A stretch of DNA of 56,760 bases from Candidatus Micrarchaeota archaeon (GCA_964625085.1 CAZVAJ010000006.1:2812-59571); one strand, 5' to 3'. Shown: positions 10,201 to 18,027, counted from the stretch's first letter. The notes: generated by a model from the sequence alone, not told the origin. Numbers and translations: made by a program.

Positions 10201-12669
10201 TCCAGAAGCACTTCCCTTCTTCTTTTCACTTGTTTCAGGACACTTTATTTCAGGAGTCTGCATTGACAGAGCGTCTTTGTTCGATTCCACCGTGATAGAA
10301 CCCTTGAATCTTTCATCTCCTTCGTATGCCAGTTTTGCGTAGAATGTGAGGTTGTCTCCTGGCCGGGCTTGGTCCAAGGTGTAAGTGTTTCCGTTTTCGT
10401 CAAGTAAAGCCACCTGGATCGCAAAGTCCTTTTTGAACAGGCTTACTGTGTTGCTCGCGTTGAACAGGAATTCTTTTTCGCCGGTTGCAGGATCTCTTGA
10501 TGAGTACCCTGATTTTTCCCAGGTTCCATGGTATAATATTTTCAGGTTTTCTTTTGAGGTCCAGTCCCCTCTTCTTATCCTGAATGGGATTCTCTCTTCT
10601 GCCATCGTATCATTTTCAGGAGCCGGACTGCTCATGATAATGGAATGAGTTGTTTTGTTGTAATACTTCTGGTAGTTTCCGTAAACGTCTATGTTGACTT
10701 CTTCTGGCAGGCTTATTTCTATCGTACTATTGTATTCTGCCAGCCTACCGTGGGATACTGCTAGGTGGTATACTTTTCCTGCAACTAATTCCCCAGCTGG
10801 TTTGTTGTTCTGGAAAATTCCTGTAATGTTTATGCTGGTGGCTGGTTTTTCCAGCTGGACAGTTAGTTCAGTGTCCTCTTCAGCCAGCAGGTTTTTCACT
10901 TCCTTGAAGTATGCTTCTTTTGTTTCAGGATCTGTCCAGGTTGCGCTGACACTGAACATTGATGACTTGCGCACTGCATTCCTGAACACTGCTTTTCCTT
11001 GCGCATCAGTGCTAAGAGTCTGTTTTCCAAGCACAGAAGAAAGGGCTACGCCAGCGTTTCTCGCGGGCGCTGTTCCTTTTAGCGCGAACACTACTACGTC
11101 CACCTTCTGTGATTCCATGTATACTGTCAGGTACTCTTTTTTGCCTGCTTTTACTTCCACTGTTGTGTCAGGATTGCATTCTGTCACGCTTGATCCTTTC
11201 ATGACCTTAACACAGTAAGTGCCAGGATCAACCCAGTTAATCAGCACGGTGCCTCCTGAGCCGGTCACGAAAGAGGGCGCAGCGTACTCTGTTGGAAGAG
11301 AAAGGTTGTAGTTGTACAAGGTTACTGTCGCATCGCTTACTGACGCATTATCTTCCTTGTAGAGCACGAGCACCGAAAGCCTTCCGTACTCGCTGTCAGG
11401 CACCAGGGTCATGTTGATAACATAGTTTTTCCCTCCTTCCACCTGCGCTTGTGTTGTCCTGTAGCCTCTCTTGTAGAACATTGCAGTGTACTCTTCTCCT
11501 CTTTTAAGTCCTTTCATTAACTTGCCGTTGCTGGCAGTGTCGCCTTCAGCAGCCACTACCCCCTGCGCGTCCACCACTTTCACATGAACTCCTGCAAGAG
11601 TGTTAAGCCCGCTCTTTACCACAAAAGTTGTTTTTGCTGCATCCTGAAGTGTCACGTTCAGGTTTATTTGGGGAACTGTTTCGTTCAGCAGGTACGTTTC
11701 ATTGCTCAGGTAGTACGCGTGCTCGTTAGGGGACACTTCCACCTTGAAAGGAGTGTAGTACTCCATATCAATACAAGCCGTGCCTTCAAGCGTGTTCTTT
11801 TTGGTTATCACTTCATGAGCATCATCTGGGTTAACAAGCTTCACGTTCACAAAATAGGGGATGAGTGTTTTTCCGTCAGGCTGGAACACGTTCACGCACA
11901 CCTGCCCTTTCTCAACAGGTTTTGCCGTCCCTTGCAGTAGAATACAGTTATCTGAGATTGAGTCCTTAAGGTCAAGGAGTGTCTCTCCAGAGTACTCTGC
12001 AGAATACGTGTACTTGTCTGTTTCAGCGCTGAACAAGTATTCTTTACTGCTGTCCACGAGCAGTGTGCATTCTCCTTGCCCGCACATTTTTTTGACCGTG
12101 CTGTCAGAGGTAGTGTAGAACACATTGCCTACTTTTTCTCCAGTATCACTTCTAACACAAAGCGTTGCTTCTTCAGCACTTGGCTTTTGCCTGCAGGTCA
12201 AGCCTATGCTGAACGGTTCTGCTTGTTCTCCTGTTACTGTTATCGTTTCCGTGCTTGAGTCGCATTCTTCTGCGCTTGCAGTTACAATGTATTCTCCGGG
12301 CAACAGTTTCAGTTCTAGCAGGCCTTCATCATCTGTCGTGCCATTGAACACCATGTTACCGCTGGAGTCAAGTATTGTCAGGCTTGCTCTTGGAACGTGG
12401 GCCATCTGCTGGTCCACGACCTGGATTGAGATAGGCACTTCTGCCTGGCCTCCTGAAATAAACCCTATTCCTGAGAACACTCCGCCGAAAAAGTACAACG
12501 CGAGCAGGATCACCGCGATAAAAACAGGCAGGGAAGGAATCCCATGCTTTTCTATCGGGTCAACGAGCTTGTAAACAGGAATTTTTTTTCCATCCATCCA
12601 GTCAAGCAGGTCAAACCAGCGGTCTTCCACCGCATAATAGGCGTTCAGTAAGGTGTCCTTAGCGTTCAT
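4237..12669 (-). CDS. giant (2810 aa) N-terminally anchored surface protein with beta-sandwich repeats and a Cys-rich C-terminal module
   Basis: Uninterrupted 8.4-kb ORF with GGTGG 6 nt upstream of the ATG.
- A ~45-aa N-terminal cytoplasmic segment is followed by one TM helix ('LPVFIAVILLALYFFGGVFSGIGFI', about nt 12454-12534).
- About 6 repeats of 80-90 aa then follow, with a carboxypeptidase-regulatory/PEGA-like pattern (e.g. 'ASLTILDSSGNMVFNGTTDDEGLLELKLLPGEYIVTASA').
- I counted at least 15 N-x-S/T sequons.
- There is no C-terminal TM. Confidence 0.9.
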   Translation of the reverse strand: MNAKDTLLNAYYAVEDRWFDLLDWMDGKKIPVYKLVDPIEKHGIPSLPVFIAVILLALYFFGGVFSGIGFISGGQAEVPISIQVVDQQMAHVPRASLTILDSSGNMVFNGTTDDEGLLELKLLPGEYIVTASAEECDSSTETITVTGEQAEPFSIGLTCRQKPSAEEATLCVRSDTGEKVGNVFYTTSDSTVKKMCGQGECTLLVDSSKEYLFSAETDKYTYSAEYSGETLLDLKDSISDNCILLQGTAKPVEKGQVCVNVFQPDGKTLIPYFVNVKLVNPDDAHEVITKKNTLEGTACIDMEYYTPFKVEVSPNEHAYYLSNETYLLNETVPQINLNVTLQDAAKTTFVVKSGLNTLAGVHVKVVDAQGVVAAEGDTASNGKLMKGLKRGEEYTAMFYKRGYRTTQAQVEGGKNYVINMTLVPDSEYGRLSVLVLYKEDNASVSDATVTLYNYNLSLPTEYAAPSFVTGSGGTVLINWVDPGTYCVKVMKGSSVTECNPDTTVEVKAGKKEYLTVYMESQKVDVVVFALKGTAPARNAGVALSSVLGKQTLSTDAQGKAVFRNAVRKSSMFSVSATWTDPETKEAYFKEVKNLLAEEDTELTVQLEKPATSINITGIFQNNKPAGELVAGKVYHLAVSHGRLAEYNSTIEISLPEEVNIDVYGNYQKYYNKTTHSIIMSSPAPENDTMAEERIPFRIRRGDWTSKENLKILYHGTWEKSGYSSRDPATGEKEFLFNASNTVSLFKKDFAIQVALLDENGNTYTLDQARPGDNLTFYAKLAYEGDERFKGSITVESNKDALSMQTPEIKCPETSEKKKGSASGTTASFLSYCRRSDDPEDYGILTGETVEIWAPFKVNNVLENNTEAVISLNIGSDSVAFKSLTIVLSRIVCKNPEDYETSDWEKGTFVCDEENGLMERTVLISEGQTYPPAEKPSISFEQEFTVSTTISPLPGYYSSEQFSINAGETENHVRFSRVDSEYPAGKVTEYTLEKSDDNSQTSAMISFNNPDASYTFIAVGKGWLPGDANIHIKKDDNNFASATSPVLLRVTKENLPEEQCIDNVCLKAYAETETRISINPVNTQASQNLGDSIIVGTWVNEEHKGRKLKSASISAACSSEPWMEVQVVKGGRHLTFSTIYAGQPEYYNGALHLVLPAGTRIPTGNNVAGLAINLSCEGGMITGNAGPYPVTLGQTASFGPAAEFKISSFKEAPWSIIMSEGKTKEVALEIGYYGTGLLTDQLKVQASGSTALLEDENNKISVQVTMPEGTSLDVSNIDKTTGSIANTWSEFSVKKGDYSRSTTEQGIRFRDRLRVVFPLYAVSDGTGDITINVGDRTFTLKVTAENVDYEEEVECDSEKQICWKMWIENGGVTEKPYDATKTVQFIEKPVLKANIFPLGDIATAPKISLEYDGTAEISTEGSAEDTNPETVLSVEENTNSYSIEFVKGRLTNMTVSVSITPEFYGNMHYTLKADDTKLGEYYREVGGALYPELQILDEDEITEFSGQIKISIMDRNTGKNIAEYLEEYVDKVTITDPNGKNVCTLPAQDLATDENNNILLNLADCWQNYGKELFGQGREDTIKTVILTDSSGYQSLLDLKKEGKALILYAEVVDSNGKEVCVTDTTDTIIGGCSEYLGEGTGNLIKTTVLTTDPAVFNQQILPVAQQVSSATISNEKRETLCKYPSEEYPDITNFAAQCKQDFAVENTYREYPFKELFTGPREYTLTVASKTDNDGKQYFRQGGVSSEISVLACSESSLPKGLNKVSVATPTEEAEEVSMEVPLIQQCKNQGVGISTSAGLSLDVWYTEPFEGSSEEVHCLEREEGDPLACALKTEPYTEDADNDGYSDTVTFEIDFSKELLPGETRKGNISLNLTLQGNGIKKQKKLEVPLTLESKEEQEISTEGLTLVPTEYGNFEPHFKMTDSDKIDCSSHMCNLRQVLLYNQANFNTVYYTLVPEEFTNAYKNIAQEIIDYYTSQGAEVKESKSLDELYATCDPNKEPFAELCFTDKVEEKSCLPEIGTGELTIETLPVTGSDKSWSVACFNTQSLSELTDDDIQERFALFLPVDLESSFAEEAPETYNTLITVAVSDSQDKLKEKAIEMLKNAWSIPQDTVYPEDWISLGRDAGKSSKWEHELVIEECKKAEDKACQDMIKHMGTTSMPAGALPAVYVDDNHKVHVIGTSTAELSEMLDHLNTYFEGTSTLQYDSEHKIIVPRRTFTVWLNKNIPEDTVSENFNSLLIDTLKLESLKDLKIEYAEPGSTPFSSIIGWIDSPESFSNKRYDPESTSTSDYKARFAGVNLNTEWMLPENTAVLWEGRGKVYISVPGDKKKENANSLITFAQTGDNEDEEHLKVSGEGEKLLVFKFPDASISDLTKVIEEGYVTGEQKTYAFKLKPIDNEYWDCTSPVAAAFSYSGIDLDNNGLTAIRPGKVVVSIKAVDGELSSIDKSLAENMGLKGYKYLDTGKSKVSFLQASSTPGSTKVLPGKKCTWFFDPEPKTVIGDGSSQAAGSDPTAVFALNSYPSKIIVPTEYTTDTGTEVSNFKLGSTTLYNLGYDLIGKKEVTIPVSELTAVAYGRSGDKIDEDTCSQGTTCKLDTNGRMVAYVTVTAKPEEGSGDYMFTTDGFIRVKYSAGEKEVEFPAAAIGYTDLATEEFSPGWVGHLWSTDYRIGLEYPSDAETEEPSSDKSGEVCGKKYSGKCEKHRVWGTGCCDWPNVKQSVVYCDAGDVCYSEASRRCDDEIFAGVCSGENACHATGNDGMCISCPEGEFPRMGVMSHGLQVYYCAKLPDKNDEFGQGYRDSDNYVSQATS
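4318..4596 (-). other. Cys-rich C-terminal module of the giant protein (12 Cys in ~93 aa)
   Basis: The translation reads 'CGKKYSGKCEKHRVWGTGCCDWPNVKQSVVYCDAGDVCYSEASRRCDDEIFAGVCSGENACHATGNDGMCISCPEGEF...YYC'. The Cys density here is far above the rest of the protein. Confidence 0.6.
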
Positions 12670-12707
12670 TGTTTACCACCAAAGCCGGCTGAAGAAAATA
12701 AGGAATT

Positions 12708-13241
12708 TTAGTATTTATATGCCTTTCTAACCAATATTCCTGCCCTTTTCCATACCCTGAGAACATACCAAGCGTAATAATATCCTGCTATCGTGAAAAG
12801 AAGGGTTCCTCTGAACAGCAGGTCATGCACCAAGTCAGCGGTTTTCAGGCCCTGCGCGCTCGCGGACCACAGCACGATCCAGATCCTGACCGGGTTAATT
12901 GCCGCGATGAGCAGGAACCCAAGCAAGGCTCCTATGAGCCTCTCTTTCCTGTTCCTGTCAGGAGTGGCGAGAACAGCCCCCAATAGCACTGCTATCTCAA
13001 CGTTCCCTGCGCACAGGTCGTTTACTTCTGCGTTCAAACCGTCTGCTAAAACCACGGGATTTTCTCCGGGCAGCACCGTGCTTTGGATCCCAAGAGCATT
13101 AAGCAGCGTGCTTGCGCATGATGCAGAGAAGGCTTTTAAAGGGTAAAGGCCTGTTACACTCAGCAATAACCATATGCTGAAAGAGATCAGACCGAGCTTC
13201 AGGACAAATATTACAGCATCCTTTGCGCTTGCGCCAAGCAT
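12708..13241 (-). CDS. archaeosortase/exosortase-family protein (short form)
   Basis: Polytopic membrane protein carrying the three family hallmarks in the canonical order.
- Cys: 'NDLCAGNVEIAVLLGA', a C-[AS]-G motif.
- Arg: 'AINPVRIWIVLW', an N-x-x-R motif.
- His: 'LVHDLLFRG'.

The first ATG is at 13241 ('MLGASAK'). The longest ORF starts at TTG 13259. Confidence 0.6.
   Translation of the reverse strand: MLGASAKDAVIFVLKLGLISFSIWLLLSVTGLYPLKAFSASCASTLLNALGIQSTVLPGENPVVLADGLNAEVNDLCAGNVEIAVLLGAVLATPDRNRKERLIGALLGFLLIAAINPVRIWIVLWSASAQGLKTADLVHDLLFRGTLLFTIAGYYYAWYVLRVWKRAGILVRKAYKY
12712..12719 (-). promoter_or_regulatory. possible TATA box for the giant gene
   Basis: The minus strand reads TATAAATA, inside the last codons of the archaeosortase gene. 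It lies 42 nt upstream of the giant-gene ATG, leaving room for a ~17-20-nt leader carrying GGTGG. Confidence 0.3.
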
Positions 13242-13264
13242 GCAAAGGAAAAGGAGCAAGGAGG

Positions 13265-13273
13265 TTAAAAATA
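13265..13273 (-). promoter_or_regulatory. TATA-like box 23 nt upstream of the archaeosortase ATG (leaderless-type spacing)
   Basis: The minus strand reads TATTTTTAA, and 23 nt separate it from ATG 13241. It abuts the GTG start of the divergent ATPase gene. Confidence 0.35.
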
Positions 13274-15547
13274 GTGGTGGATTACGCGATTCGGACCGAG
13301 GGAGGAAAGAGGTACCTTGTAATAAACTACAAGGGCAGACCCATAGGCCCGAGCGTTGTTGATTATCCTCAGTGCATGAAAGAAGTCATAGAACTGCTAG
13401 AAAAAACTGATGCTGATTATGTTGTCCTGTCAGACGTTTACGAGATAACGTATGATGAAGAGCAGACCAAGCTACTCAAGGAAATAGCTGATGTTTCAAG
13501 ATTCTTTTTCAAGGAAGGAGTCTGGAACCCGAGCAGGCTCGTGAACAACCCTGCCTGCGAGTCCCTGGTGCCAGGCAGGTACAATACAGTGCTTTCCATA
13601 GGCCAAGAGCTGCTTAAGCAGGATCCGATAAAAGCGTATGTTACTCTCCAGAACGTGATCAAAAGAGAGGAAGGATCTCTTTCAACCCTTTCTTCCCCTC
13701 AAAAAGAGTGCACAGAGTACTACCTGCAGACGCTGTACCTGATGAGGGATGAGCTTGAGAAAACAACTTTGATAAGAAAGTTCAACGAGCTTGCCGTGAA
13801 AATGGGCAAGGTAAAAATAGACAGAGGGATCTACCGCACTTTCTTTGAAGCGCAGATTAAGCCTGCTTTTGTCGCCAGCAGGGTCTTCTTTTACACGCCT
13901 CCTGAAATAGTGCTTGTTGACCAGTATGAAGTGGCTGACGCTAGCGTTCGGATCTACCAGCATCCTGAGAAAATAAACCTGTTGTACTACGTTAATCCCC
14001 CTGAGTACGCGCTTACTCCTGAAAAGTACTTTCTCATGTCCAAGACCAAGGAGATAGTTTCAACATACCATCCTAGAGGACTGCGGTTCATGAGCCAGAG
14101 AGAAGTGAAACGGTACTTTACGAGCGTTTACGAGACCACGATACGCGACCTTGCTGACCGGAACAAGATACAGATCTCCAAAAGAGAAATAGAAGAGCTT
14201 GCAGCGATTGTCACGAGGTACACAGTAGGCTATGGTATGATGGAACTGCTGTTGTCTGACCGGAAGCTTACTGACGTGTACATGGACGCGCCATTAGGCA
14301 CAAAGCCCGTGTACGTGGTGCACGGAGAGTATGGAACGTGCGAAACCAACGTTATGTTCACTGAGGGGGAAGCAAAGGGGATAATAAGCAGGTTCAGGGC
14401 GCAGTCCGGAAGGCCTTTTGATGAAGCGCACCCTGTGCTTGATTATGACATTCAGGACCTGCAGACAAGGGTCGCGGTTATAGGGCCTCCGTTGTCCCCT
14501 GATGGGGTGGCTTTTGCCCTGAGATTGCACAAGATGACCCCGTGGACTCTTCCGCAGTTCATTGACGTGAAAATGCTTAATGCTGAGACCGCGGGCCTGC
14601 TCTCGTTCTTGATAGAAGCACAAGCAAGCACGCTCGTGAACGGTTCAAGGGGAAGTGGGAAAACAAGCCTGCTGATGAGCCTGATGCTAGAACTCCTGCC
14701 TTCTCTCAGAATAATAGTGCAAGAGGACACTCTTGAGATTCCCGTCCCCTACATGAAAAAAATAGGCTATAACATTCAAAGGCTAAAAACACAGTCTGCA
14801 ATAGCCGTGAGCCGGACGAGCGCAGAAGTGCCGCCTGAAGAGGCTCTTAGAACAGCGCTCAGGCTGGGCGATTCAGTACTGATTATAGGGGAAGTAAGGT
14901 CAAACGAGGCCAAGGTGTTGTACGAGGCAATGAGGGTAGGGGCAATAGGAAACGTTGTAATGGGGACAATACACGGTGAAAGCGCGTACTCTGTCTGGGA
15001 CAGAATAGTGAATGACTTGGGAGTGCCTAACACCAGCTTCAAGGCTACCGATGTTATAGTCACCTCTGCTCCGATAAGGTTCAAAGGCTCTCTGAAAAGG
15101 CAAAGAAGAGTAGTGAACATTACGGAAGTGAAAAAACACTGGTATGAAGACCCTGAAAAAGAAGGAGGGCTTGTTTCACTGCTTGATTTTGACACCAAAC
15201 AAGACGCGCAGTACTATAACAAAGAGGGTTTTGAGCAGTCAGAACTGATGAAAAAAATAGCAAGCAGGTGGGGTGTTGATAATGATTTTTTGTGGGCGGA
15301 GATCAACTCCCGTGCCCAAGCAAAACAGTTTCTTGTGGACCAGAAAAGAAAGTACAATATCCCCGACTTGCTTGAAGGGGAGTACACCGTTCACTCCAAC
15401 AATATGTTCAGGATAATACAAGAAAAACAAAGGCAAGAGCTTGGAGGAGTAGACCACAAGGCTGCGCTCAAACAGTGGAAAAAATGGGTGCTTGAAGCGC
15501 AGGTCAAGCCATTGTTGAAGGTGAGCAAGAATGCCAAGAAGAAGTAG
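13274..15547 (+). CDS. type-IV-filament/secretion ATPase (VirB11/FlaI/GspE superfamily) with long N-terminal extension
   Basis: ATPase motifs read in the translation:
- Walker A 'GSRGSGKTSLL'.
- Asp box 'IIVQEDTLEIP'.
- Walker B 'VLIIGEVRSNEA'.
- His box 'MGTIHGES'.

The likely start is GTG 13274, with GGAGG 9 nt upstream. The longest ORF (TTG 13223) would overlap the divergent archaeosortase gene. Confidence 0.85.
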   Translation: MVDYAIRTEGGKRYLVINYKGRPIGPSVVDYPQCMKEVIELLEKTDADYVVLSDVYEITYDEEQTKLLKEIADVSRFFFKEGVWNPSRLVNNPACESLVPGRYNTVLSIGQELLKQDPIKAYVTLQNVIKREEGSLSTLSSPQKECTEYYLQTLYLMRDELEKTTLIRKFNELAVKMGKVKIDRGIYRTFFEAQIKPAFVASRVFFYTPPEIVLVDQYEVADASVRIYQHPEKINLLYYVNPPEYALTPEKYFLMSKTKEIVSTYHPRGLRFMSQREVKRYFTSVYETTIRDLADRNKIQISKREIEELAAIVTRYTVGYGMMELLLSDRKLTDVYMDAPLGTKPVYVVHGEYGTCETNVMFTEGEAKGIISRFRAQSGRPFDEAHPVLDYDIQDLQTRVAVIGPPLSPDGVAFALRLHKMTPWTLPQFIDVKMLNAETAGLLSFLIEAQASTLVNGSRGSGKTSLLMSLMLELLPSLRIIVQEDTLEIPVPYMKKIGYNIQRLKTQSAIAVSRTSAEVPPEEALRTALRLGDSVLIIGEVRSNEAKVLYEAMRVGAIGNVVMGTIHGESAYSVWDRIVNDLGVPNTSFKATDVIVTSAPIRFKGSLKRQRRVVNITEVKKHWYEDPEKEGGLVSLLDFDTKQDAQYYNKEGFEQSELMKKIASRWGVDNDFLWAEINSRAQAKQFLVDQKRKYNIPDLLEGEYTVHSNNMFRIIQEKQRQELGGVDHKAALKQWKKWVLEAQVKPLLKVSKNAKKK

Positions 15548-17597
15548 AAGAAAAAAAGAGAAGGTAGTATCACCCAAGCAGTATGCCGAAACTTATAAAA
15601 GAGTAATAGAATCAGGCGTTCCAGCCAGAAGACCTGAACAGGAAAAACCTTTGTACGTTAGGTTCGCCAAGCACGCTGGAAAGATCATAAAGGCAGAAAA
15701 CAAGTTCAAGAAGATAGAGTACCAGGCCGCGCTTGACTTCCTGGGCTGGGACCTAAAGCCAAGCGAAGTAAACGCAGCATCATCCCTTGCACTCACCCTG
15801 TCACTTCTCGCGACCGTTCCTGTAATACTTACACTGGTTTACCTGGTTTTTTGGATGAGGCTCCTGCCCTACAACTTCCTCTTGTACACTGCCGCTCCAC
15901 TAATGCTTGTTCCATTCCTCGTCAGCTTTTACGTCCAGAACTATCTTCTTTCAGCAGCAAAAATGCAGAAGATGAAAGCTGCAGCGAGCATTCCGGAAAT
16001 CATTAACTACCTGACCATGAGCATGAAGCTTTCCCCAAACCTTGAGCGTGCGATATCATTCGCTGCAGAACACGGAACAGGAAAGATAGCAGAAGACCTG
16101 CGGGCGCTTGACTGGGACATAAAAACAGGGGTCTATCCAACAGCTGAAGAAGCGCTTGACAGGCTGGCTTACAAGTGGGGCGCGTTCTCAGACGAGTTCA
16201 AGCACGCGCTCATGCTAATACGCTCAAGCACGATAGAAGTGAACGAGGCCAAGAGGCACGTGATCCTTGACAAGGCTGTGTCTGACACGCTTGAAGGAAT
16301 AAAAGAAGACATGGACGTGTACGCAGGAGAAATGAAACAACCCAGCATATACCTGTACTACGTGGGAATACTCCTACCCCTGCTGTTGATAATCATGCTT
16401 CCCATAGGGAGCGTGATGGCAAAACTTCCTTTTTCCAACACGTGGGTAATGATACTCATATACAACGTTGGCGTGCCTTTTGGGGTCGTGTTTTTCGCCA
16501 GAACCATTCTGGCAAAACGGCCTCCAGTCTACCAAGCGCCAGTGATCCCAGACAACTATCCCGGGCTTCCTAAAAAGGGCAGGATAAAGATTGGGTCATA
16601 TGAACTTCCAGGACTGCTTGCCGCCCTGCTGGCTGCTCTGGCACTGGTTGCTGTTTTCTCCCTTTACCTTGAGCCGTTGCTTAACCCATACCCTCCAAGC
16701 TGGAATGTTGAAGCCCAGCAGGCCTGGTTCCCATTCTTTTCAGTAGCAGGTGTTTTCGTGGCAGGCAGCGTTTTCACGAGCATTATGCTCTATTCTCTTT
16801 CAAGCGCGAAGCGCAAGGCCCAAAAGAGCTTGATGGAAATGGAAACAGAGTTCCAGGATTCTGTTTACTTGCTTGCCAGCAGGCTTGGAGAAAACAGGCC
16901 CATGGAAGAAGCAGTGGAGTACACGGCAGACTTTCTTGGAAAGACGCCTCTCGGAGACCTGTACCACAGGACGTCTGACAACATCAGAAACCTTGGGATG
17001 ACCATAGAAATGGCATTTTTTGACCCGGTGTACGGGTCCCTGAAAAACGTTCCAAGCGAGCTCATAAAAAGCTCTGTCAGAGTAGTGGTGGACGCGATAT
17101 CCCTTGGAGTGCAACAGGCTGCAAGGTCCCTAATGTCCCTGTCAATGCAGATCAGGGATTCCCAGAAAGTCAGAGACAGAATAGTGTCAATGCTCAAAGA
17201 AGTGACAGGGATGATGCGGTCTATCGCGGTGTTCATCGGCCCAATAGTCCTCGGGATAACCACCGCGCTTCAGGGGATAGTGGTAAGCACCCTGAAAAGA
17301 GTAGGTTCCACCGCTGCCACAGGCACTACCTCAGTGCCCGGGATCAACATTCCAATGGTGTCACTAGGAGACCCTGCTTCACTTGCAGGCACTCCTGGCC
17401 CGCTTCTGTTCATGATTATCATGGCCGTGTTCGTGATAGAACTCACAGTAGCGCTCGTGTTCTTCATAAGCAGGATAGAGGAAGGCAAGAACAACACAGT
17501 GTTCTACTACGAGCTTGCCAAAACCCTGCCAGTGGCCCTGCTGTTGTTCTTCGCGTCCGCGTGGCTCGCGCAGAGCATGACCGCGATCACAATCTGA
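15531..17597 (+). CDS. polytopic platform protein, FlaJ/TadC (T2SSF)-like, two-domain
   Basis: 688 aa with many TM helices. Two cytoplasmic helical regions have T2SSF-like character ('IPEIINYLTMSMKLSPNLERAISFAAEHGTGKIAEDL...', 'SVYLLASRLGENRPMEEAVEYTADFLGKTPLGDL...'). Overlaps the ATPase gene by 17 nt. Confidence 0.65.
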   Translation: MPRRSRRKKEKVVSPKQYAETYKRVIESGVPARRPEQEKPLYVRFAKHAGKIIKAENKFKKIEYQAALDFLGWDLKPSEVNAASSLALTLSLLATVPVILTLVYLVFWMRLLPYNFLLYTAAPLMLVPFLVSFYVQNYLLSAAKMQKMKAAASIPEIINYLTMSMKLSPNLERAISFAAEHGTGKIAEDLRALDWDIKTGVYPTAEEALDRLAYKWGAFSDEFKHALMLIRSSTIEVNEAKRHVILDKAVSDTLEGIKEDMDVYAGEMKQPSIYLYYVGILLPLLLIIMLPIGSVMAKLPFSNTWVMILIYNVGVPFGVVFFARTILAKRPPVYQAPVIPDNYPGLPKKGRIKIGSYELPGLLAALLAALALVAVFSLYLEPLLNPYPPSWNVEAQQAWFPFFSVAGVFVAGSVFTSIMLYSLSSAKRKAQKSLMEMETEFQDSVYLLASRLGENRPMEEAVEYTADFLGKTPLGDLYHRTSDNIRNLGMTIEMAFFDPVYGSLKNVPSELIKSSVRVVVDAISLGVQQAARSLMSLSMQIRDSQKVRDRIVSMLKEVTGMMRSIAVFIGPIVLGITTALQGIVVSTLKRVGSTAATGTTSVPGINIPMVSLGDPASLAGTPGPLLFMIIMAVFVIELTVALVFFISRIEEGKNNTVFYYELAKTLPVALLLFFASAWLAQSMTAITI

Positions 17598-17622
17598 TTT
17601 CCCGGGGGAGCAGTGAAAAATC

Positions 17623-18027
17623 ATGAAAGGACAAGAGTTCGCGACAATAAAACTGGTGATCGCGGCAGCGTTCGCAGCAGCCTTGATAGTAGTGGTCGTT
17701 AACGTTGCAGGGTTCCTTAGCCCCAGCCCGAACGAGGCGCAGGACGTCAAGGACATGATAGCAAGCGCGCTGAGCGCACGCGGCTCATGCATACACAGGG
17801 AAGTGTACTACACAAAAGGAACTAGGCTGGAGTCAAGCTCGTTCACTGGCTCAACCTCTGCGTCCAGCGTTTCATTCAAGGTGAGCCAGAAGTACAACGG
17901 CGCGTTTGATTCCGATTCTGGTGGCAGCTACCTCACTGCACTGTACTCAAGCAGGATTCCCACCAGCGTAAAATGCAGTCAGGCTGGCACCTGCACGTTC
18001 TACATCGGCTCTTCTGACTGCTCGTAG
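17623..18027 (+). CDS. prepilin-like protein (class-III signal peptide, KGQ type)
   Basis: The N-terminus is 'MKGQEFATIKLVIAAAFAAALIVVVV'. A ~105-aa Ser/Cys-containing globular part follows. Confidence 0.7.
   Translation: MKGQEFATIKLVIAAAFAAALIVVVVNVAGFLSPSPNEAQDVKDMIASALSARGSCIHREVYYTKGTRLESSSFTGSTSASSVSFKVSQKYNGAFDSDSGGSYLTALYSSRIPTSVKCSQAGTCTFYIGSSDCS

Noticed and set aside
12582-12589. Homopolymer tracts as phase-variation switches. Examples are T8/A8 at 12582-12589 near the 5' end of the giant gene, and similar 8-nt runs in GT genes near 50106, 55366 and 55456.
   Set aside because: They encode Lys-Lys (AAA AAA), which is common in this AT-leaning, Lys-rich coding sequence. A single assembled sequence gives no evidence of length variation. 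They are only worth checking in read pile-ups.
13223-13273. TTG 13223 as the start of the first ATPase, which would overlap the divergent archaeosortase gene by 19-37 nt.
   Set aside because: GTG 13274 has GGAGG 9 nt upstream and avoids the overlap. The extra 17 residues ('MRLRQACKGKGARRLKI') look like translated non-coding sequence. I cannot exclude it without N-terminal data.
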